A stretch of DNA of 5,453 nt from Amoebidium appalachense (taxonomy: Eukaryota; Protista; Ichthyosporea), in the NCBI GenBank assembly GCA_963693365.1, contig CAVNZM010000122.1:1-5453 (forward strand). Direction: 5' to 3'. This document shows, in pieces, positions 1-5,453 of this stretch (within the stretch, counting starts at the first letter, position 1; every line of letters begins with the position of its first letter). The translations under genes and the position numbers were made by a program. Below the pieces are notes generated by a model. That model was not told the DNA's origin. It worked only from the letters and a program-made list of their open reading frames with translations, and made no database searches.

Positions 1-130
1 TTTTGGATTTTGTCCTGGTGCAGAGACTAGCGATCTTGCTAGCCTTGAGATCACAACCTAACCACTGCCGATGGTTGTGATGACGCCAGTAAAGGCGTGC
101 TGGCTTTTACCCCAGCGAGAAGAGGATGAG

Positions 131-135
131 AAAAA
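131..135 (-). terminator. Pol III terminator (T5) after tRNA-like unit, 3' LTR copy
   Basis: TTTTT on the - strand, 2 nt downstream of the discriminator base. Confidence 0.65.
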
Positions 136-137
136 GA

Positions 138-210
138 TGATCCCGACGGGATTTGAACCCGCGACCCCTCTATCTCCGGTCGAGTGCTCTACCAACTGAG
201 CTACGAGATC
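138..210 (-). tRNA. tRNA-like gene in 3' LTR (73 nt, apparent anticodon GGA on a class I body; probably not a decoding tRNA)
   Basis: GATCTCG TA GCTC AGTTGGTA GAGC A CTCGA CCGGAGA TAGAG GGGTC GCGGG TTCAAAT CCCGT CGGGATC A: 7-bp acceptor stem, 4-bp D stem, 5-bp T stem, A box TAGCTCAGTTGG, B box GGTTCAAATCC. The anticodon arm has C33 and a G30:A40 mismatch. Confidence 0.85.
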
Positions 211-289
211 GGTTAAGATCGTGCAGGCCACCAGCCGATCATGATCTGATTCATGCGATTGGACTGGATAACGATACCACCTTCCAACA

Positions 290-298
290 TCCCCACTC
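290..298 (-). promoter_or_regulatory. Polypurine tract of element C
   Basis: GAGTGGGGA on the - strand abutting the TG of the 3' LTR. Confidence 0.75.
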
Positions 299-360
299 AG
301 GACGAATTGCAGAATCAGGTTAGTGTGGACTGCCCCCTCAGTCCCCACTGAACCTCTGTT

Positions 361-370
361 CATGCTACCA
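361..370 (-). promoter_or_regulatory. Primer-binding site of element C (tRNA 3'-CCA type, initiator Met-like)
   Basis: TGGTAGCATG directly after the 5' LTR. TGGTAGCA is complementary to the ...UGCUACCA end typical of eukaryotic tRNA-iMet (A1:U72). Confidence 0.75.
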
Positions 371-499
371 TTTTGGATTTTGTCCTGGTGCAGAGACTAG
401 CGATCTTGCTAGCCTTGAGATCACAACCTAACCACTGCCGATGGTTGTGATGACGCAAGTAAAGGCGTGCTGGCTTTACCCCAGCGAGAAGAGGATGAG

Positions 500-504
500 A
501 AAAA
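500..504 (-). terminator. Pol III terminator (T5) after tRNA-like unit, 5' LTR copy
   Basis: TTTTT on the - strand, 2 nt downstream of the discriminator base. Confidence 0.65.
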
Positions 505-506
505 GA

Positions 507-579
507 TGATCCCGACGGGATTTGAACCCGCCACCCCTCTATCTCCGGTCGAGTGCTCTACCAACTGAGCTACGAGATC
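507..579 (-). tRNA. tRNA-like gene in 5' LTR (second copy)
   Basis: Identical to 138-210 except C48->G in the variable loop (position 532). Confidence 0.85.
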
Positions 580-659
580 GGTTAAGATCTTGCAGGCCAC
601 CAGCCGATCATGATCTGATTCATGCGATTGGACTGGATAACGATACCACCTTCCAACAT

Positions 660-1560
660 GATGACACCACGGTGATGTGCAGTGACGATGCCGAGGCCGT
701 GGACGTCAGTCGGGGGGCATGGCTCAAGAGTAGAGAAGTACTCTTTTCCTGGGCACAGGTGGACGTTTGAAGCCGAGTCCCAGCAGGGGTCCATGGGTAG
801 GGAGGCCGTGGTGGACACGAGGGCAAAATGCACCTCTTTTCCAGACTTGGTGTTGGCACGGTGACGACGGGCAATTGAGCAGCCAGGTTTGTCACACTGT
901 GTGACATGATGGTCTTCGTGACAGTAGGCACAGTCGAGGGAGCCAGTGGTCTTGGCTCGGGGTGGCTGGGAATGACGGTTACCCCCTTTACGTGGGGGGT
1001 AGGGTGACCGGGAACGATAGCCGGGGGAACGGGACCGTGAGTAATCACGGTCAACTGAGGGGGATCGATCGGTGGGACGACCACGGGGGTGACGGGAGAC
1101 GGAGCTGTCATGTCGGGGGATCCGGTGTCTGAGGTCGTCCTTGGTGAGGACACGGCTTTGCAGGGCACGTGCTGTTCGGACGGTGGAGGAGGACCCGGAC
1201 CCAGAGTCGATGAGACCTTCACGGATCTCTGCAGCTCGGATGTCACTGATTAGACGGTTGTAGGTTTCGTAGTTGATAGTACGACGGAAGTAGTCGGCAA
1301 TCATGGCCTGGATGTCGGTACAAACTAACTTACGGTTCTTCTTGAGGTGAATGAAGAAGTTATCAACCATAGTCTTGTGAGGAATGGGCTCTTCGAGGAT
1401 GTGCAGGGTAGTGCACAGACGGCGTGCCATGGTGAGGTAGGCCGTGACGGTCTTGAAGTCTTTGAGTTCAAGCTCATGGTAGTCGAGGAGGATTTGACGA
1501 GCACGATCTTCACGTTCAGCCGCATAGGTCATACGGAGGTTGTGGAAAGCTTGGGCAGGT
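660..1560 (-). pseudogene. gag-pol: Copia gag (capsid C-terminal part, nucleocapsid) and N-terminal aspartic protease, disrupted by insertions
   Basis: Open frame ...AQAFHNLRMTYAAEREDRARQILLDYHELELKDFKTVTAYL... resembles copia gag. CCHC knuckle CAYCHEDHHVTQC at 894-932. Protease motif CWDSASNVHLCPGKEYFSTLEP starts at 785 (compare copia D-S/T-G/A-A-S-x-H). The last 26 aa of ORF 582-1532 are read-through into element C. Confidence 0.85.
1557..1560. repeat. Target-site duplication AGGT (left) of solo LTR A2
   Basis: AGGT at 1557-1560 and 2486-2489 flanks TGTT...AACA. Confidence 0.8.
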
Positions 1561-2485
1561 TGTTGTAATACGTAGTTTTTACATATGGTAAGATCTTCTC
1601 AGTTTGTGTTATGTTTCAGTTCATATGCTCAGTGTAAATGCCACACTCCTATTATGTAAAGTGTAGCATCGATCTCCGATATGCTTGTATACTTGTAATC
1701 GTGTTGTATCGGCTCTAATCGTGTATTGTAATATCGATTAGAATATTTATATGTGTGTACACGGATCCACCCACTCAGGGAGAGACGTGTACATGTTCGT
1801 GTGTACATAAATATCTCTGGTTATAGTTATGCTATTACTATCTTGTTTGTTGATCTGTGCTCTCTTTTCCTTCCTCTTTCTCCTTCCTTATTTTCTTTTC
1901 TTTCTCTCTTTGTCTTCATGTGTATAATCGTATTTCTTTTCTACTAATATATGTTAGGTAGATTTGTGTTACTTAATACGTGTTCATTGGACGGTAACAC
2001 ACTTAGGCTACACTTAGAATAGCGTGTGTGTTTAGACTTCATTAATTTACTTTAGTTTTCATGTGTTGCCGGGCTTTAACCAATCATCAAGGTTAAGTGT
2101 GATATGTCTGAGTCTTTGCAGTATGTCATAGGTTAGAACTTCCTTGATGATGACACGAGTTGACCTTAACTAGTGTCTGTGTCCTATCGTGTGCGTCTCC
2201 GCGTACCGGATCTCTCTGAAAGCAATTGGTTCTCAGTGATTGGTTTCTATTAGAGATAGATCTGATTTCCGACTGGTCGGAAATCATGAATGGATTGGAC
2301 TTAGAGGAATTTCAGGTATTTATTCGAAGATCAGAATAGATTCAGTTCAGTCGTGTCTAAACATTGATGTCTGTTGTGTACACTGCTCCGATCGTTCCGT
2401 GTTTTGTTGTTGTGCGTGTCTGTGGTGTTTTCACACTGCACCACTGTGTCTCTGCTTACATCCCAAATACTTATGTAATTTAACA
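1561..2485 (+). mobile_element. Solo LTR of family A (925 bp)
   Basis: TGTT...AACA termini and a 4-bp TSD, with no PBS after it. 1778-2485 aligns with 3866-4566 (about 21 substitutions and 3 indels by manual count), and that copy is followed by a PBS. Excision restores the B gag frame. Confidence 0.9.
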
Positions 2486-2489
2486 AGGT
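2486..2489. repeat. Target-site duplication AGGT (right) of solo LTR A2
   Basis: Duplicate of 1557-1560. Confidence 0.8.
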
Positions 2490-2812
2490 GACACATCATC
2501 GTGGATTTGGCCAGAGTTATACACTGTCAGCTCATCATTGGAGACGAGTTGAGTAAACATCTGTTCAAGGAAGTTGGAAGCCTCGGTGTAGGCCTCCTCA
2601 GTGTCATAGCCGTGCCACTCGTTCTTGTCGGAAGGGTCGACCCACTCGGGGGCCTTGATGACGGGCACTAACTTGGCCGCGGTGGTAGTACGTAGGTACC
2701 GGAAGATGACAGGTTCCCACTCATAGTAGGTGAGACGTTTGCCGGACTTCTTGTCCGTGGTGTCATCCCCTTTCCAGGGGGTGAGGTTGAGATACGCAGG
2801 TTTCTCTGACAT
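2490..2812 (-). pseudogene. gag: N-terminal part of element B gag
   Basis: ATG at 2812 in ACCATG context (MSEKPAYLNLTPWKG...YYEWEPVIFRYLR...QIHDDVS). Joins in frame to 660-1560 as ...DDVSPAQAFHNLRMTY..., giving 408 stop-free codons. Confidence 0.82.
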
Positions 2813-2917
2813 GGTGATCAATCAGTCAGATGATGCGCGAGAGAGGAATCAGATCGGTATTCAAATTTGAATAATTTCGATTGCAGCGAGAGTATGTGTT
2901 GCGAGAGCGTGCGAAAA

Positions 2918-2930
2918 TGGGCCTTTAACC
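2918..2930 (-). promoter_or_regulatory. Primer-binding site of element B (half-tRNA type, variant)
   Basis: GGTTAAAGGCCCA immediately after the LTR end CAACA; 11/13 identical to GGTTATGGGCCCA. Confidence 0.75.
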
Positions 2931-3650
2931 TGTTGTTTTTGTACGGGTCTAAGGGAGCAGAGTGCACAGAGGTGTCATGTAAAACACGACTAACACATTA
3001 ATGAGAGGGCAATTGGAGTTGTTCACGAGACATTGAAAGATTTCAAACAACAGCTCATTCTTTATTGTGCTCTCGGTTCCTTTTGTACTTGCGACTTATC
3101 ACCTTATCACAACTAAAGAGGGAGAACCAATCGGTTCTATCAGAAGATAGAAAAACACATTCCGACAGAGCATACGCATTCCAACTTCCGATTAAACTAA
3201 AGTGTAGAAACTCTTACTTAAATAAATTAAGTAATTATACATCTAGTCACTATTAACTCACATATATATTTATGTCCGTCTCTATAAAGAAACATTTAAA
3301 TACATATATTTCCCAATAGTCGACACTCTCAAAGTGAAGACACTTTGCAATAAACCGAATTCCATATATATCTATTGTCCAATCACAACACACATATATT
3401 AATAGACAGGAATGCACAACACGATGTACTCGCTCGCGACTATTGGCGAGCCATCCTTTTGAGAACAAAACTAAGCCATTTTGAAATAAAGGAAAAACAA
3501 CGAGTGAGGCTAGCCAATCACGCTACCTCTCAGATAAACAGAGGAGAGCAAACAGAAATAAAATACAATAAGTTCTTATCAGGCAAGAGAGCCAGGTGTG
3601 TACAGATCTACAGATATCTGTGCCCACAGAAACAAGGGAGAGAGAGATAC

Positions 3651-3673
3651 GGGGGGGGGGGGGGGGGGGGGGG

Positions 3674-3676
<3 letters not shown>
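3651..3676 (+). repeat. Poly-G run (26 nt)
   Basis: Directly visible homopolymer. Confidence 0.95.

Positions 3677-3754
<78 letters not shown>
3677..3754 (+). repeat. (AG)39 microsatellite
   Basis: Perfect dinucleotide repeat adjoining the poly-G run. Confidence 0.95.
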
Positions 3755-3759
<5 letters not shown>

Positions 3760-3865
3760 AAAAGAGAAAGAGCACAAAGAAGGAAAGCAGACACGAATAC
3801 AAACAAGCTAAGACACATACATACTTCAAGGCTCTTGCTGTCATACATGGTGACGTATTCCAACA

Positions 3866-4566
3866 GGGAGAGACGTGTACATGTTCGTGTGTACATAAAT
3901 ATCTCTGGTTATAGTTATGCTATTACTATCTTGTTTGTTGATCTGTGCTCTCTTTTCCTTTCTCTTTCTCCTTCCTTATTTTCTTTTCTTTCTCTCCTTG
4001 TCTGCATGTGTATAATCGTATTTCTTTTCTACAAATATATGTAACTTAGGTAGATTTGTGTTACTTAATACGTGTTCATTGGACGGTAACACACTTAGGC
4101 TACACTTAGAATAACATGTGTGATTAGACTTCATTAATTTACTTTAGTTTTCATGTGTTGCCGGGCTTTAACCAATCATCAAGGTTAAGTGTGATATGTC
4201 TGAGTCTTTGCAGTGTGTCATAGGTTAGAACTTCCTTGATGATGACACGAGTTGATCTTAACTAGTGTCTGTGTCCTATCGTGCGTACCAGATCTCTCTG
4301 AAAGCAATTGGTTCTTAGTGATTGGTTTCTATTAGAGATAGATCTGATTTCCGACTGGTCGGAAATCATGTATGGATTGGACTTAGAGGAATTTCAGGTA
4401 TTTATTCGAAGATCTGAATAAATTGAGTTGAGTCGTGTCTAAACATTGATGTCTGTTGTGTACACTGCTCCGATCGTTCCGTGTTTTGTTGTTGTGTGTG
4501 TCTGTGGTGTTTCACACTGCACCACTGTGTCTCTGCTTCCGTCCCAAATTCTTATATAATTTAACA
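3866..4566 (+). repeat. 5' LTR of element A1 (3' 701 bp; first ~217 bp displaced by insertion of B)
   Basis: Homologous to 1778-2485, ends TTAACA and is followed directly by the PBS. Confidence 0.9.
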
Positions 4567-4580
4567 GGTTATGGGCCCAG
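4567..4580 (+). promoter_or_regulatory. Primer-binding site complementary to the anticodon arm of tRNA-iMet (half-tRNA, Hemivirus-type priming)
   Basis: GGTTATGGGCCCAG is the reverse complement of CUGGGCCCAUAACC in initiator tRNA-Met, the PBS type used by Drosophila copia. Confidence 0.9.
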
Positions 4581-5453
4581 ATGCACGCTCCCTACACACA
4601 CCTAGACCTAGCGATCGTTAAATTCCTGGTACACATCATAGCTGTGGTCAGCTCCTCATGCATCTTGGTGCTGAGGCTGTGTACATCCATCCCTGGCGTC
4701 CCCTGCATCCATCTGTGCCTTTCTGCACACCCCGTCTCTGGCGCCTGCTGTTCCAGTTCCGTCCGTCCCCGTTCCCACCGTCTCCTAGCCTCTCGGCTCG
4801 AGGCCTCCCCGGCGTCCGTCCGTAACCGGTCCCACGTGACTCCCCTTGACAAGATCTGACTCATCTTGACAAGAGCTTTTGTCACGCCTTGACACCCGTG
4901 ACATCCTCGCAAGTTCAAATTCCAGCTTGCACTCCTTCCAGCTCCGTCCTGGTTTCTCTCCGTCACGCCAAACCGTCCTCCACCCTTGGTTCTGCAATCG
5001 CGCTCCAAGTTCCTTGACACTTCACCGACGTGGTCTCAACCGCGCCGCCCTGTCTACCCAGGCCTGAGGATCCTGCATCGAAATCCCATTCCATCCGATT
5101 TCGAACCCCGTCGACCCGAATTCGAATATAATTTCACACCCCGTCTGCGTTCCAATCGACGATAATTTGACACCCCGTCTCGATTCGACTTGACCATCAT
5201 CCATCAAGTCCATCTGAAGTATCCAAATTCGGTACTTCTTTCCAGTCTACCGTGTTCCACCCCGTCCAAGCCCTTTGTGCTTCCCTCCTCCCTAGGAGTC
5301 CCGACCCTGAGTCCCTCCAGAACCGTTTACCGTGTCCAACCCGCTTCCTTCCAGGATTTCCAACCCTGTTTTCGGCCATGTCTCCCCTTACCGTGCCGTC
5401 ACTGTCAATGGCCCCCTCACATTCCATTGATCTGCCCTGCATTCCGGCAGCAG

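Larger units (their letters stand above)
1..289 (-). repeat. 3' LTR of element C
   Basis: Matches 371-658 with 3 substitutions (87/457, 163/532, 221/590) and one 1-nt T indel near 105-108. Begins TG at 289 immediately after the PPT. Confidence 0.9.
1..658 (-). mobile_element. Element C: non-autonomous terminal-repeat retrotransposon in miniature (TRIM) with tRNA-containing LTRs
   Basis: Two ~289-bp direct repeats start TGTTGGAA on the - strand and end TCCAAAA (imperfect inverse of TGTTGGA). The ~80-bp interior opens with TGGTAGCATG (PBS) and closes with GAGTGGGGA (PPT). It interrupts the protease region of element B. The left flank and TSD lie outside the window. Confidence 0.88.
371..658 (-). 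repeat. 5' LTR of element C
   Basis: Direct repeat of 1-289. Starts TGTTGGAAGG at 658 and is followed by the PBS. Confidence 0.9.
659..3865 (-). mobile_element. Element B: Ty1/copia LTR retrotransposon, 5' portion (LTR, PBS, gag, start of protease), interrupted twice
   Basis: TGTTG...CAACA LTR, adjacent GGTTA-type PBS, ~105-nt leader, then a single gag-protease frame with a zinc knuckle and a copia-type protease motif. Confidence 0.88.
2931..3865 (-). repeat. 5' LTR of element B (935 bp)
   Basis: The - strand starts TGTTGGAATACG at 3865, exactly where homology to LTR A stops, and ends CAACA at 2931 before the PBS. 5-bp terminal inverted repeat. The partner LTR is not in the window. Confidence 0.82.
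3866..5453 (+). mobile_element. Element A1: copia-type LTR element, 5' LTR remnant, PBS and start of internal region
   Basis: LTR end plus Drosophila copia-type PBS. The internal region is C-rich on the sense strand, as is the B coding strand. No recognisable gag lies within the window. Confidence 0.78.

Noticed and set aside
58-363. 101-aa ORF on the - strand (and 522-770 on +)
   Set aside because: They run through the LTR and tRNA-like sequence, and the 1-nt indel between LTR copies shows the frame is not conserved.
138-579. Two ordinary tandem tRNA-Ser(GGA) genes
   Set aside because: No long variable arm, C33, a mismatched anticodon stem, and both copies sit inside LTRs bounded by PBS and PPT.
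620-1246. 208-aa Pro/Thr-rich ORF overlapping gag
   Set aside because: Alternative frame of a C-rich coding strand with few stops. No motifs, and its end depends on the TRIM insertion.
1770-1779. CCCACTCAGG shared between LTR A (at the site homologous to the B insertion point) and the TRIM PPT region (292-301)
   Set aside because: Only 10 nt with no flanking similarity; cannot be distinguished from chance.
1753-2491. Small hydrophobic or Cys-rich ORFs in LTR A
   Set aside because: They reflect T-rich and TG-rich low-complexity LTR sequence, and stops or indels differ between the two LTR copies.
3375-4044. Several ORFs with poly-Gly/ER or poly-Pro/SL runs
   Set aside because: Artefacts of the poly-G and (AG)n repeats. 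Some cross the B/A1 junction.
4592-5442. Minus-strand ORFs of 63-142 aa in the A1 interior
   Set aside because: Antisense to the element, compositionally biased and without recognisable domains.
1-5453. CRISPR array or prokaryotic system
   Set aside because: No regularly spaced short repeats with unique spacers. All repeats are explained by LTRs and microsatellites.

Overview
Eukaryotic DNA made entirely of nested LTR retrotransposons; no host gene is recognisable. Four layers resolve. (A1) A + strand copia-type element: the 3' part of its 5' LTR (3866-4566), a half-tRNA-iMet PBS GGTTATGGGCCCAG (4567-4580) and a C-rich internal region running off the right edge. (B) A - strand Ty1/copia element inserted into that LTR: 5' LTR 2931-3865, variant PBS 2918-2930, and a gag-protease frame from 2812 down to 660. 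(A2) A 925-bp solo LTR of family A (1561-2485) with a 4-bp AGGT target duplication; removing it restores B gag in frame. (C) A 658-bp non-coding TRIM (LTR-PBS-80 bp interior-PPT-LTR, - strand, 1-658) inserted in the B protease domain. Each C LTR carries a complete 73-nt tRNA-like Pol III unit with A box, B box and T5 terminator, but an aberrant anticodon arm. This tRNA-bearing TRIM (Cassandra-analogous, Helenus-like) is the most interesting object in the window.
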